NCBI GenBank assembly: GCA_965287045.1
Contig: OZ336871.1
Coordinates: 62,248,001-62,312,000 of the forward strand
Length of the DNA stretch: 64,000 nt
Origin: Carcharhinus amblyrhynchos
Lineage: Eukaryota
Direction of reading: 5' to 3'
Within the stretch, counting starts at the first letter, position 1; each line of letters starts with the position of its first letter. The position numbers were made by a program, and so were the translations under genes. The notes beneath the pieces were generated by a model. That model had not been told where the DNA came from, did no database searches, and saw only the letters and a list, made by a program, of their open reading frames with translations. This document shows positions 38,899-52,040 of this stretch, one piece after another.

Positions 38899-40210
38899 GT
38901 AAGTACCGCTAAAAAGATTGCATTTATAATAGAATAATGAGCGATTTTGCCAATTCCCTGCGGGGCCATTGTCATAAGCGTGCTATTGAAGTTATCTTAT
39001 GTGATCTTTTCTTTGTTATGTGCAGTTTTTCATTTTTTCTATGCTTTTCAAGTCATATTATATGACTGGAATGCGCTGCTTATTATTGCTCCAAATTTGC
39101 TCACTGTTACAATTCTGGTTTCAGACTTCTGCTGTGTGTCAGGTGACATGAAGTCTTTTATATTTCACTAATGACATTGCATTAGATTCCTAACAGTTTC
39201 AAATGGGAAGAATCTTCTCTATTTATTGCAATCAAGCTTCTTCAAAATATTTCCAAGCACTGAGTTTAGAAATGTTAATATGAGTCGTTATATAAGAAAT
39301 GAAACGTGTGTAAAAAATTAGATATGGGGTATATTCAAAGGGAATAAACTACAATTACTAAAGCTTGTTTGCTCAAACTCTGAAACCTCAAAATAACTTA
39401 TTAAATCTCACAGCTCCTTTGTAACAATTTAGGAGATTAAGCATTTTAGTGCAATTTTGAATGCAAATAGCTCCATTCTGTCTAGATAATTAGGAATGTT
39501 GATAGGCTTGTTCTCTGGAGTGTACTGTAATGTGATATAAACGAAAGTACAAAGGCCTTTCCCTTTAACAAGTCAGTGTAACTTCATGATATAGTTCATC
39601 AGTGGAAGCAGTCTGATGGACAGCATTCACTGCACGGCTTAGTTTGCAACTGATTGTGTTAATTACATGAAGTAATGAAAAGAGATTGAATTTTCCATAA
39701 AGATTAAACGTGAAACTGGTGTCAGAATAGCTGTGCTCTCTGGTTTATCTGGGAACAGTAAATATTACCTGCCATTTATTTAAAGATAGATAACTTAAAA
39801 GGACATTTTATCCCAATACAATACAGAAGAATATATGATTTCCTTACAATTTTTCATTCAGGAACTAAAATCATTCTTAAACCAGAGGTGTTTCACACAA
39901 TTCAAGCCTTTCATAGATTTAGGCCTGAATATTACCTCTAAGTCAACTTTAAGTAGGTGAGTTTTGGTTTCATTTTAAAACTCATCCTCTCCAGCCAGAT
40001 TCAGAGCTAGAATATTTGAATTGCTGGACCTTATTTCAATCTCAGAGGTGGATTTCCAATGGAGTTGATCTAACTTGAACATCCCACCCACTTGCAGAGA
40101 ACAAATACTGGCAGGTTAGGCAGGGACATATTTAAACCAAGAATATAGCTATAATGCATTCTATTAAAAACTAGAATTAATTTTAAGTAAACTGTATTTA
40201 TATTTGTGGG

Positions 40211-41391
40211 TGTTAGGACCAAGATACAGCTTTAAGTTTATAGTTTTTTATTTCTGGGCTGACAAGATGAAACCTGGGTCTAGTTTCATTTTAGAGTGGA
40301 GCCAGCACATGTGGAGTTGCTTGCAGACCTGCATTTTTAATGAGGTTTTACAGCTCTTGGAGGGAAGATAAAACAATATAAAGCAGAGAAAAAAACTCTG
40401 CTATTATCTAGCAAAGTTGGGGGTGAAGGTGGTGGGGGGGGGGAGGTCTAGAGAGAGGGATGTACAGAGAAAGAACAGCAGTTTTAGTTCAGTTGGTGAT
40501 AATGCTCTAAGGTGAAGGGTGCAGTTGAAGTCTCTCTCTAGCTGAGGAAAATAGGTCAAAATCTAATAGGTCAGGGTGGTCGAGGGAGTTCTGGGTCTGA
40601 AGGGAGATGCCACATTGTTGGCAGTCTACTGGAAGAGGGAACTGCAGGGAGCAGGTCCTAATGGAAAAGGAGGAAGGTCATAAAAAACTTACACATTAAG
40701 TAAAAGGAAAAGCACAGGAATCCAAAAAGCGTTCTGTTAAGTGAAGTTAAAAGTGAGGTAAGGAACAGTGGAAAGTTCCAAATTTAAAGAGAGGATGTTG
40801 CTGGAAGTAGACTTAAAGCAAGTGGACTTATGAGAAGTCAGAAGATCAGATGAGATAGCCAAAGGTTGGTGACTCCTTACTTTGGACAGGGAAAGCAGTG
40901 GTGTTCTGTGAATATGGCTGAGTATCTGAGAGACTGTGTGCAAGGCGAAGCCTGAATGCATGTAGTGATGTAGGGTAAAGGAACATCAGAAGGGAAGGTT
41001 GAAAACTTAGAGATTGATCCTTGTGAAGATCACTAAGCTAACAAAAAGAGCTTTGTGAGACAAGCTGGCCTACTATACTGTGACAAGCATTTGCATTGGG
41101 GGGGTGATGGGGAGGAGTTGGTGAGTAACCCATAGAAGTTGCTTTGAGTGGTATCTGTCACTTGGTTTCAAAATGCGGTTTGTCTGATCAGTTCACCTAG
41201 TGGTTTACATTGACTGTGTACTTACTGTGAACATTAAAGTATAAAATAACTTTTGTAACTTATGTTGGAGTTGTAGAGTGAAGATATGTGCTTTTTTTTA
41301 ATGATCTGGGCACTTGAGCATGAATAAATCGAAGTTTAATCCTTTATAAGTAAATTCATCACCGTTTTTCTAGCCAAATATATAGTTAACA
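40211..41391 (+). mobile_element. Possible decayed solo LTR
   Basis: It starts TGTTA and ends TAACA, with AATAAA near the 3' end (about 41323). No clear TSD is present. Confidence 0.35.
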
Positions 41392-43477
41392 GAGAATTTT
41401 CATTGCAACTGGTTGGTCTGCATTGTCAATGTAGCATTCAACTGTTCAGTGATTTATGGTGTTTGTCTGTCGACTGCTCACTGTGTATGATTAGTTAGCT
41501 CGGGTGTGGTCATTTAGAGAGGAAAAAATAAACTCATGTAAGTTGCTGTAATTGTGAGGGAGCAGACATTTTAAAGCATTGAATAAAATTTCTGCTATAC
41601 ACGCAGAAGCTGGTGTATCACCTCAGCATATCCCTGAGCATAAAACACAATAGCTAGAGGTTGACTGAGTGACTTAACTATTATTTGATACTGATTTAGC
41701 AGTGTTGTTAAGTGGTTAATGCAGAGGGGCTTCTTGTCACTTTTGGGTAAGTATATTGAGCAACTCTGCAAAAATGTGAAGACATAAACCGCTTCCTGAG
41801 CTCTTGGGGTATCAGGTGTGTTACTCCTCCTTCCTCATGTCCTCTATCACCTTGATTCAATTAATTATCATCAGGTGAAATATGTTGCTGTTACTGTATC
41901 TTCCTCAACCCCAATTCTAATTCCATACACATGATGTACCTAAGTATGATACAAATATTTTTTAATGGGCCTTTTTCAGGAAGTGCCCAGAACAATCAAT
42001 CCACTGTAGCTTCAGGATGGCAATGGTGTGTTGAATTATATTTCTGGTTGCCTGATAGTTATTATTAAACCTGGCTGCTCAGCTAAGCTGAGGAAACAGA
42101 AGAGTATCATCAGTGAGGGTGTGGTGAAAGCATCTCTCAACTCCCAGACAGCCATTTGTTGAAGGGTGGAATATGGAGGAAATGGATGAACGAGCGTCTC
42201 AAGGTAAAAGCATTCTGGCAATCACCAGTGAAATTGACATGACTTGTATGACCTTTTGATGATAATCACTCACTCATTGGACATTGATGAAATGACAGCC
42301 CTTCCTGTTGACAAAATTCCCTGACTTGTTATCTGCTGCTGTGACAATTACATGGAGCCAATGACATTCTGTACACTGGAGAAGTCAGCCCAACTGCAAA
42401 CAGGGATCAGAGTTGTTTTGACTGAGCCCTTTCCCTGGTCTGCTGCACATTTGTGAAGAATGAAACTTGGAAAGAATTCACATTCTCAATGTCCACTCTT
42501 ACAAAATAACCACAAGTATCTAAATTCTTGTGTTTTTATTAGCAAAATATAATTAAATGGAACCATGCTTATTATCCTGCTGCACTAACAAATAGCATCA
42601 TTAGATATTCCATTGTTGTTTCATACACTAGCATATATTATCTCAAAAGGTTCAGTAATAGAATACAATGCCTGTAACAACACTTACATTTCAAATAATA
42701 TAACATTTATAGACATCTGAAAGCAAGTGCCATTAGTTGTAAGGATTAATGCTGCTAGTCCTGATTGCTTTTATTTGGGTCAAGTGCAGGCTGAACTCTC
42801 AGCCCACTCTAGCATGCCAATGTTAAGGATGGGGAGAGAGGCAAACTGAACTCCTTTATTTCTCTCACCATCTGTCCATAAGCAGCAGTGATTTTAGTTT
42901 TGAAATAGATTGTGGCATGCTTCTCTAAATTCTCTTCAAATCTGTGAAATCAGTTTTAAAGTGAATTGCAGCAAACTGTCTTTTGGGTTAAATTAGGTTG
43001 TTTATTCATACAATCAAACCCAAGGGGATGGTCATCATCATCGCAACTGTACGTGCACTTAGTTGCGCCTGCATGCACACAAGAAGGAAATTGGAAAGAA
43101 AAGAGATTTTACAACTGGGAATAACTCTTTTTAAAAAAATGGATATTAATTCCTGTGAATGTCAGAATGCAGTGAGGGTTTCTTTGCCTAAGAGTTTAGA
43201 TTCAGGCAGGTTCAGCAAGCTGAAGGGAGTTGCAGGATTCTTTTAAAGTTAATAATAGTGCAGCAAGATAAGGTTGGTATCCAGAGGCTTGGACCATTCT
43301 ACAGGCAATGGCAGGAATCTTCCAGAGAGCCAGGTTTGGAGGAGGCATGCTTTGTGGTCAGCCTGGGGTCTGAGTTTGGTGGAGTCCGTGTTTCGTGTTG
43401 ACAGGCTGTTTAACAGCAGACTGCGCTGGGAGACCAAGAATCTAACATTTAAACTTTTTGAAGGCCAGAGGAAATTT

Positions 43478-45629
43478 GGTCACATGATGTTGCCCATTGA
43501 TGAGTCTGTTTGAGATAAACAATCAGTTGCTATGTCTCTGGTCAAAATCTATTATTGACCTTGGGAGATAGATGGTGGCTTTTTGTGCCTCTGCAAGTTT
43601 AATGGGTTACGGAAACTCTCTCTTTATAATAAATCCAAGCTGGGGAGACACACTATCCAAAATTGTAGCCAACTTGCAAATTATGTGACCTGTAGCTGCC
43701 CTGTTTTTGGTCCAGAAAACTCAATTTTTTTAAATGAGCAGTAGGTACGGTATGATTTACACAGTTCATAATCTCTTTCATGTCTTATGAACATGACATT
43801 CCTTCCCCCTCTGGGGAAATAATGAATTCCATTTCATTTTTTTAACATGTTCTCTTGCACAAACAAGAGAAGCAAATTAGTATGCATTCATTTTCTCATT
43901 TGAAAGTCTAACACACAGCTAGCCAGTGCAGTGTTAGTTTCCTGCTGTATTCTGTTCTTTTAAACGCAGTACAGGGTGCAGTGATGACATTGTTCTTTCC
44001 TGCAATGTGGCTAATTTTAGGTTAAAGGGCTGGATTTATAACAAAGAGAGAGCCAATGAAACTTGTTACATCTGCGGAGGAGAATAGCCACCATCTAAAC
44101 CCTACAGTGAATAATGCGTTGCAAAAGCAAACACCAGCACAACAAATTGGCATTGTCATTTTGAGCACTTTGAGAAATTTCAAAGGATTGTGTATACTGG
44201 GGTCTCTCAATGCCCATGGCAAACATAGATTTTGCAAAAACCTTTTTGTGGGCCTCTGTCCACACTGCCTTTGAGTCTTTTTTTAGTGCATCTGTTAGTG
44301 GGGAGGCTAGGCTTTGGCTGGGCTCACGTTTGGGACAAACCTTTAGCAGAATCCCTAGAATGCTTCCATCTTTTTTGTGATTTTGAAAGTGATTAAGACA
44401 CGTACTTGACTTTGCTAGGTAGCATTTCCCTATCCTACAACATTTTCCAAGTAAGTCATATTGGCCTTTTACTAACTCACATTCTTGATGGGTTCGCTAG
44501 AAGGTTTGCCCTTTTCAGACCCTGGAACACTACAAGGATGAGAGTTAAGCTTTGTCTGATGGTTACAATTGGAAGTTTCTAGAATAGAGCCAACTTGCAA
44601 ATCATATGACCTGTAGCAGGCATGCTTTTGGTCCAGCAAGCTTTGTTTTTATTTAAATAAGCAGAAAGTGAGGTTTGATTTCAGCAGTTAATGATCTCTT
44701 TCGTGTTTTATGGACATGACACCAGCAATGCAACCTTCCTCTTTTTGCCAGGTTTTCAGTTGATCTAACTGGCTGTTTCAGGTGTCTCTGTAAAAGATCA
44801 TGTAATCCAGGTACACTGAACAATTGCTGAGTCCAGTTCCTATCTGGTTGGTCAATGTCTGAAATGGTAGGGCATTTTTAAGGCCAAACGGCATGATCTT
44901 ACACTTAGGTCATCTGGGGTGACAAAGATCAAAATATCTTTCACCCTGAGCTCGTGTGTATTTGTCAATACCTTTTAAAAGGTCAATTTTGTTGAGTTTG
45001 GCCAATTGGCCCACCTCACCTATACAATCCTGAAGTCATGGTATTGAATAGGAGAGAAACAGAATTAACTCAGTTGAAGCTCTTCCGTTGCACTGGTTCT
45101 GAAGGAAGATGGATTAAAATGGCTTTGCATTGTCTACCGGAAAATAAATGCAGTAACCAAGGCTGACTCCTAAACTTTCCAAAAACCAGAAGGTCATGTG
45201 GTGTTATCCATTGATGAGTTTCAGGTAAATAATCTGTTTTTTATGTCTCTGCTAAATCCATTATTCACTGTAGGGTTTAGACGGTTGCTATTAGCTCCTC
45301 TGCAGATGTAACAAGTCTCAGTGGCTCTTTCTTTGTTATAAATCAAGGCTAAGGAGGCAGACCATCGGCTACTCCTTTGTGCCCTTGATTGAAATGGGTC
45401 CACACACTGCTCGGTGTGAGATCCCACAAGGGTGAGAGTTAAGGTTTGACTGATGATTACAATTGGAAGTTTCCAGAATACAGCCAACTTGCAAATCATG
45501 TAACTTATAGCAGGCATGCTCTGTTTTTATTTAAATAAGCAGAAAGTGAAGTTTGATTTCAGCAGCTTATGATCTCTTTCATGTCTTATGGACATGACAT
45601 CAGCAATGCAACTTTCTGCTTTTTGCCAG
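43478..45629. repeat. Local triplicated segment with about 0.9-kb period and one inverted sub-block
   Basis: agccaacttgcaaa...atctctttc.tgt.ttatg.acatgaca occurs at about 43667, 44588 and 45482. 44032-44116 is the reverse complement of about 45259-45345. Confidence 0.85.
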
Positions 45630-46652
45630 ATTTAATCGAGATCTCGAAGAGGTCATTAGATGAGTATTTGAATAGAAACAATGTGTAATGTACGGGAAAA
45701 AGGCAGAGGAATGTATTAATTCATGATGTTTGCATGAAGAGCGGTGCAGGCGCAATGGGCCAAACGGCCTCTCTCTCTGCTGTAACAATTCTGTTATATA
45801 CCTTTTGCTGATTTGAAGTAAGTTGTGCCAGAATGGCATCACACAAGAATAACCCTAATTCTGTTTGTGTAAAGCTAAGCACATGCATTTGCCTCAAAGT
45901 TGTTAGGATAATTTGAAACCGAATTTCTTGTGCAAACACAATGCCAGAATTTTCCCATCATGCTGCAGTGAACAGAGATTTGGCTGGGCACCAAATTCTC
46001 CGACCTTGCTGCAGCAGAAGCTTGGCATGTATGGCCAGTAAGACCATGCCCAGTGATTAGATATTGCCACCAGTTTCCTCCTCATTTGTCTTTCAGCACA
46101 AAAACAGCAAATTTTACAGAAATTAAGATGATCTTTCAAGTGTACAGGGGTTATGATAAAGTCAATGGTTCCTTCTCATAACAAAATCTTTAAAGAGATA
46201 AACTGTTTATGCAACAACTCAATATTTAATGTGCTTTTGTACATGTCTTCTAAGTGGTTTGGCTGTAGGCCTTAAAAATTAAAAAAAAGGATTTTTTTAG
46301 CATGGGAAGGTCAAGGGAGCCTTGTTAATAGATTCAAATAAAGAGCTGTACCATCAGAATCCCTCTAAAAGTCACAGCACCACAAAGAAATAAAGACACC
46401 TTCAGTATACTTACAATTTTGGACCCAACTTACATACCAGTAAAAATGGGGCTATAACATTGAACTACCAAACAGTTCACATTTTTGTTATGGCAGTCAC
46501 AATTTTAAAAGGGATCTACTTCCAAATGGCCTACTTGCTTCAGGTGGCAGGCCTTGTAAAGTTGGCAAAAATCTGGGATCATTTGATGATTGCTCCCTGT
46601 TACTGTTTTTCATTAAAATGGTTACAGCACCACCTCTGGAACAAGTAAAAAC

Positions 46653-46810
46653 GGCATTCTAATCAGTAATCTCTAAACTGTCTGTGCTTTATGTGCTCTG
46701 TCTGAGGCCAGAACTCTCCATTCACCTGACGAAGGGGGTAACCCCGAAAGCTTGTGAGTCTATTATCAAATAAATCGGTTGGACTAAAACCTGGTGTTGT
46801 CAGACTTTTT
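46653..46810 (+). mobile_element. Short Penelope-like-element-derived insert with 12-bp flanking direct repeat
   Basis: It is flanked by acaagtaaaaac at 46641-46652 and 46811-46822, and is homologous to 34400-34490. Confidence 0.75.
46722..46757 (+). ncRNA. Minimal type I hammerhead ribozyme motif
   Basis: The sequence is tcac-CTGACGA-a-ggggg-taa-cccc-GAAA-gc-TT-gtga. Helix I is tcac/gtga, both conserved core boxes are present, helix II is GC-rich, and palindromic AAGCTT replaces helix III. Confidence 0.7.
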
Positions 46811-47011
46811 ACAAGTAAAAACTGCATGCATTAACATTCCTGCTCATAACGACAGCATTAGCAACTCAAGAGTTCTAATATATAAGATATAGATCTTCAA
46901 AAGGTCCCAGTTTTGCTCCAGTCAATTAAATAGGTTTATGATACAGTTTAATTAAAATCTCTGGGGTAGGTTTTCCAAGTCATCACACAAAATGCAGCAT
47001 CTTGTCTACGT

Positions 47012-47335
47012 AGAAACCCCACAGTACAGAAAGAGGCCCTTCGGCCCATCGAGTCTGCACCAACCACAATCCCACCCAGGCCCTACCCTAATCCGTACGT
47101 ATTTTACCCACTAATCCCCTCTAACCTGTGCATCTACGCTCAATTTAGCATGGCCAATCAAACTAACCCACACATCTTTGGACTGTGGGAGGAAACCAAA
47201 GCACCAGGAGGAAACCCACTCAGACACGAGGAGAATGTGCAAACTCCACACAGACAGTAACCCAAGCCGGGAATCGAACCCAGGTCCCCGGAGCTGTGAA
47301 GCAGCAGTGCTAACCACTGTGCTACCATGCCACCC
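47012..47335 (-). mobile_element. Full-length HE1-like V-SINE
   Basis: The reverse complement gives a tRNA head (ggtggcatggtagcacagtggttagc...gggttcgattcccgg), the V-core and the tail gatgggccgaagggcctctttctgtactgt. Confidence 0.9.
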
Positions 47336-47772
47336 AAATATGTGCATGGATTTACTGTGCAGTCTTGGAGCCATGGAAGAGATGAGAACTTGGCTTATAA
47401 TGTCATATTTGCAATTCAGATGCTTTCAATTATCTTAAACCTCAAGTTAGGATAATAATTGTAAATGCATGAAAACTGTCTTTAAAAATTAGACCCTTTA
47501 AAAAAATCTGTGGCCATGAAGAAGTAGCACCGTTTCTGGTGGTTCTGGGCAGATGTATGTGTGGTTTTCCAGCACTTGCATAGTATTAATAAACTGGAGC
47601 GGAACATGCAAATGCATCCCCTTTGTGCACCCAAAGATGTTGCAATAGATCACAACATCATTGTCATCAACAAACTGATGCAATGTCAAGATATCAGCTG
47701 AAAATTTATCATTCCTCTCACCTTGGGAATCGAAGCAGGCAAGGGTTGGAGCATGGAAAGGCCCATCGACCT

Positions 47773-49932
47773 GGGGCAGGATTTTACAGTTTCAGGATGA
47801 GCAAGGCCATAAAATCCTGCCCCATCACATCTGTCCAACAAATGTGCATCTTCCATACTCCTGAAATAGGTGTTATGAAACAAAGATGGGCCCTGTCCTG
47901 GGGCTATTTAAATGGACACTCAACCAGCAGCACCTTGGTACAGATGGCAGCAGCCTTGCTTAGCTGGCTGAGAGGCATCAACAAAGGCACTGTGGAAGTG
48001 GCAGTGCTGGGAGCAGGAATGCTTTTATACTGGAGAGTATGGCAACTTCATGCTTCACAGAGCCACTGCAGCCCCCACTGGGAGACACCTCAGCAATCCT
48101 GATAAACTGCTGGGACAGAAATTGCTGGGCTGTTGTGGGAGTTCCGTTGAGGACTGAGACCTGCCTCCACAATGGCAGCAGTCAGGAATCGGCTACCATC
48201 CAGCTGAGCTTCATTGCAGGATGTCTCCTGTGCCCCTGCTGCTTTCTAATTTGAGACAGGCCGACAGGCCATCAGACCCTGCATCATGTGTCAGTCTGAC
48301 TATGTTGCGATGGAAGTGCCACTACTTCCAAGTTGGAAAAAATGGGCTCCAAGTTCCAAACAATGCCCTGTGACATATTGGAACTGGACTCCTCCATGCT
48401 CCTAGCTGGTAACTATGGGCGGTCTTCCAGGCCTGCCAATGCACCAAGTTTCTCAGTGTTTCTCTGTAGCCTTTCCCAACAAGGTCTTTATCTGCAATAA
48501 AAATAGAAAGTTCCAGAAATATTCATCAGGTCTGATGACATTTGTGGAGAGACAGAGTTGATGGTTCAAATAGAATATGACTCTTTTTGGAATTCACTGG
48601 AACTGACAGAGGTCCTTATCTGAGTTTACTGCAGCAGAAGCTGTCTGTGACCTCACCCTTCAGGGAGTTTGCAGATGAGCTGACCTGTCCCCTTGGTTTG
48701 GTTGTGCTCCATTGCCACAGATGACTTACCACACATTGATCCTCATTCTGTACAACCCACTAAGATATATGCAATGCAATATCTGAGCTGACGTCTGAGT
48801 GTAAAGTTTAAGTAATGGTGCTTCTTCCTCAGAAGTCAACTATTTTTCTTGTTGATGCTGCTGGGACTGAACAGTCAGCAGACCCTGACCATCTAAAAGT
48901 AATACAAAAGAGAGAGTAGAAGTGAAGAAATTCAAAGGTCCTAGGTCACTTCACTTGTATTTTCATTTGATGACACATTTCAAAATGAGGAGTGAGGGGA
49001 AATGTTTAATAGGTTACCATCATGGCCTAGGCATCACCAAGCGCCACAAGCTATATGACTCAGGCCCTATGGTTCTATGAACCATCTCCACCAAGGTGCT
49101 GAAGTATGTGGGCATACCGGTCTACTATCAGGTCCTGTGGGTCTCTTTCCTGTTGTGGGCCACCTTCTCTTGCAAGAGAGTGAACTGAATGTCAGTGACT
49201 GTGTGGTTTGATGATGTGCCTGTCAAAGCTGAACAATGTAGGTTTACAGAAGTATGTAGGAGTGTGTATGTGACTGGCATGATTGAACGTTGCATTTGAA
49301 TGAGGCGTGGTGTAAGTATGTTCAGAGGTGCCAGGATGTGATATTGGGTGAGTGATGGAGGTGTGACGTATTTCACAGTGTGAGATATATTGATGTATTT
49401 ACTTACCTTGACCACTTTGTTGGCACTACTGCCGGGTTCTGGGAGCCACATATTGGGCATCAACCATCCTTGCCACATGTTCCTATTCCCTGCTGAGGCT
49501 CAATTTTGATGGCTTCCTACCTCCCTGATGGACACATGCCTACTTCTCAGCCTCCACTTCCCTGACCAGCACGTCCAAGTTGTTGTCTCAATTGCAGGGA
49601 TTCCTTTCCCTATTCTGCTGCAATATTCTCCTTATTCCTCAGTGTTCCAATGCAATTATCCCAGCAACTTGCTAAGCATTGCTGCGACTTCATATGTGCC
49701 TTTAAAATAGGAAGGCTGCCTGGGATTTCTTTATCCTACTCAGTACCTTGGAGTGCACAGCAGATGCCTGCCTGCACTGGAAAGATGACCAACTCAGTGC
49801 TGGAGCTGCTTCTTACCACACTGCAATTAGGGGAATGACGTGGATACATCAGTTTTTTGTGCTGCCATCATGTTCAGATTCCGAATCACCACCACCACAG
49901 TCAGAAATCAGGGCAAATGAATTTCTTAGCCC
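47773..49932. mobile_element. Decayed internally deleted Harbinger element
   Basis: Ends are gggcaggatttt and aatttcttagccc. It contains a Myb/SANT-like gene remnant. Boundaries are approximate. Confidence 0.5.
49060..49610 (-). pseudogene. Harbinger Myb/SANT-like DNA-binding gene remnant with an intron
   Basis: The minus strand gives DNNLDVLVREVE...EHVARMVDAQYVAPRT...KVVK|gtaagt, then an intron, then EKVAHNRKETHRT (cf. EKxAHNRRERxxTGGG). Confidence 0.7.
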
Positions 49933-51814
49933 CTATATCTGCAAAATTATTCAAGTTACTTAGAAACATGTACATGATTATTAAAAATAACAAACTTAAG
50001 TTTTGTTATTCATTTGTACAATTTGAAGAGCTAGTGCAGAATTGATGGGTCAAATAGCCCCCAGCTTTGCTATACACCTCTATGGTTGCATGATTTTTAA
50101 GGCTTAATTTTGTTGTTTGTGCTTGTACCATATTTTTTTGTTCAGAACATTACATTCATTCTGTGTCACTGCCATTATTCCTTTTTGTAGGAAAATTTAA
50201 AATTGGGGGAATAGGCTGCTAGAAAATTCCCGAGATGCAAGAACTGATTCTTGATGTTCCCAGTCTTGTAAATGTCTATACTGGGATGTGTGGAAAATTT
50301 GTCTATTGACATTGTGGCGGTTGCAATCATTCCCCGTCAGTGGGAGGTAGCAGGACTCACTGTAAGGTACTGACACATTAGCAGATGTCTACTTAAAGCA
50401 TGATCGCTCAGATGAGGATTGTCTATTAGAAGTAGCCACTGCAGAATTGATGCACTCTTGGCAAACCTAGGAGCTATTTATATATTGTGAGGATAAAAGG
50501 TACTGTGGGAATTTAGTAAACTCATTTTCTTAAATCGAAAGTACAGGGGAGAAATTTAACTCACAGCTGCCCATTTTGCTTCTGGAATTTGTAATTGTGG
50601 TTGGGTAACTTCTGCATCCCTTTTAAATACAATATCTGCTTTGTGTGGGCCTGAAAACAGGTGAGGGACTTGCCAATCTAAACAGGAGTAAGGCTGCTAA
50701 AGAATACAGATAGGATCATAGATATCAATTGTACAGTTTCAATTAGGTAGAAATAGGAAGAGTGTACAATGTGCACGCAGTTGCACCAAGTGTCCACCTC
50801 AATGGGCAAGCTGCTTCCTGGGATTGTCCTATGCCCCCAGCCTTGAACTCCTGTATTTGATGCAGCTCCCTGTTTAGACCCCTCTAACCAACCTTCTGAA
50901 GTATGTTTGATGCCCATTCTGGTGTACGTAAGGGAAAGGTCAAGTAATTGTTTCACCTTGTAATGTGTTCTCTTAGTCTTCATCTGATCTCTCAGTGGCA
51001 TATTCAGCTTTTTCACTGGAAATGAATAAGAGGCAAAAGGGTGAGCGATTACTGACATGACTGCTCCCTCAGCACTGCTCTTAAAATTTTGTCTTTGAAG
51101 TGTGACTGAGAGTGCTGTCACTGAGCCACAGCATGGAAATGGAGCTGAATCTGCTTTCATTTATTTTGTTTTGAAACAATTAAGTACTGACTATAAACTT
51201 GTCTCTCTTTTTGAATGTGAGCATGTTTTGCTTCAGAGCCTCCGTTCAGAAAGGTCCCATCAGAAAATGACTTGACTTCTAAGTCTGGTTGTGAATTTGC
51301 CTGAGCTGTGGATTTAACAAATGTTGAATAATGCATAGAACTGTTAGGGGAAAAAAAACAAGCTCACAGTTTCTTTGCATCTAGAAAATGATGAATCCAG
51401 AATTGTAGAAGTGTAGAGAGAGGACACTTGTGTAAAACAAATGAACAAAGATGTTATCATTGCAGAGAAGGCACCTACCTAGTTGTTGAAAATTCAACTG
51501 TGCATTATGCCACGTATGCCGAAAGAAGGTTCATAAAAGCTGAATGGGAGGAAGGAATAAGAGCCCAAGAGCTGCTCAATAGGTAGAAAATGGTAAGGAT
51601 GAGATACTTTGATAGATGATGATTTGCTATGAGTCAGGTGGGGAGGAGGTGTGGAAGGGCACAATTATAGAATTACATCCAGATGGACCATGGTGGGGAA
51701 CCTAATTTAATCACCTATCAGGATCACTAATGGTTGTTTTGGGACCTGTGTCAGCTGAACATCCAATACTGGGCAATAATGTTGTTGGCATCAAACTATG
51801 AAATTGATCATGAA

Positions 51815-52040
51815 GGCATAGTGGTGTTGTCACTGGACTAGTAATCCAGAGTCACTGACAACACTCTGAAGACAAGGGCACAAATCCTAGCAGGGCAGGT
51901 GGTGAAATCTGGATTCAATAAAAATCTGGAATTTAAAATCTAATGATGACTGTGAAATTATGGTTGAGGGTTCACTAATACCCTATAGAGAAGGAAATCT
52001 GTGGTCTGGCCACTGATAACCACATCCCCTGAATGAGTTA
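51815..52040 (+). mobile_element. Degenerate copy of the 24787/55866 SINE family
   Basis: It contains ggactagtaatccagag, attcaataaaatctggaattta and ggttcactaat. Confidence 0.7.

Noticed and set aside
43478-45629. CRISPR-like repeat-spacer array
   Set aside because: The units are long and diverged, the context is a vertebrate intron, and no cas genes are present.
47270-47335. tRNA gene-like sequences (also at about 21410, 33540, 36350, 54380 and 54685)
   Set aside because: These are tRNA-derived SINE heads that run directly into the V-core, not stand-alone tRNA genes.
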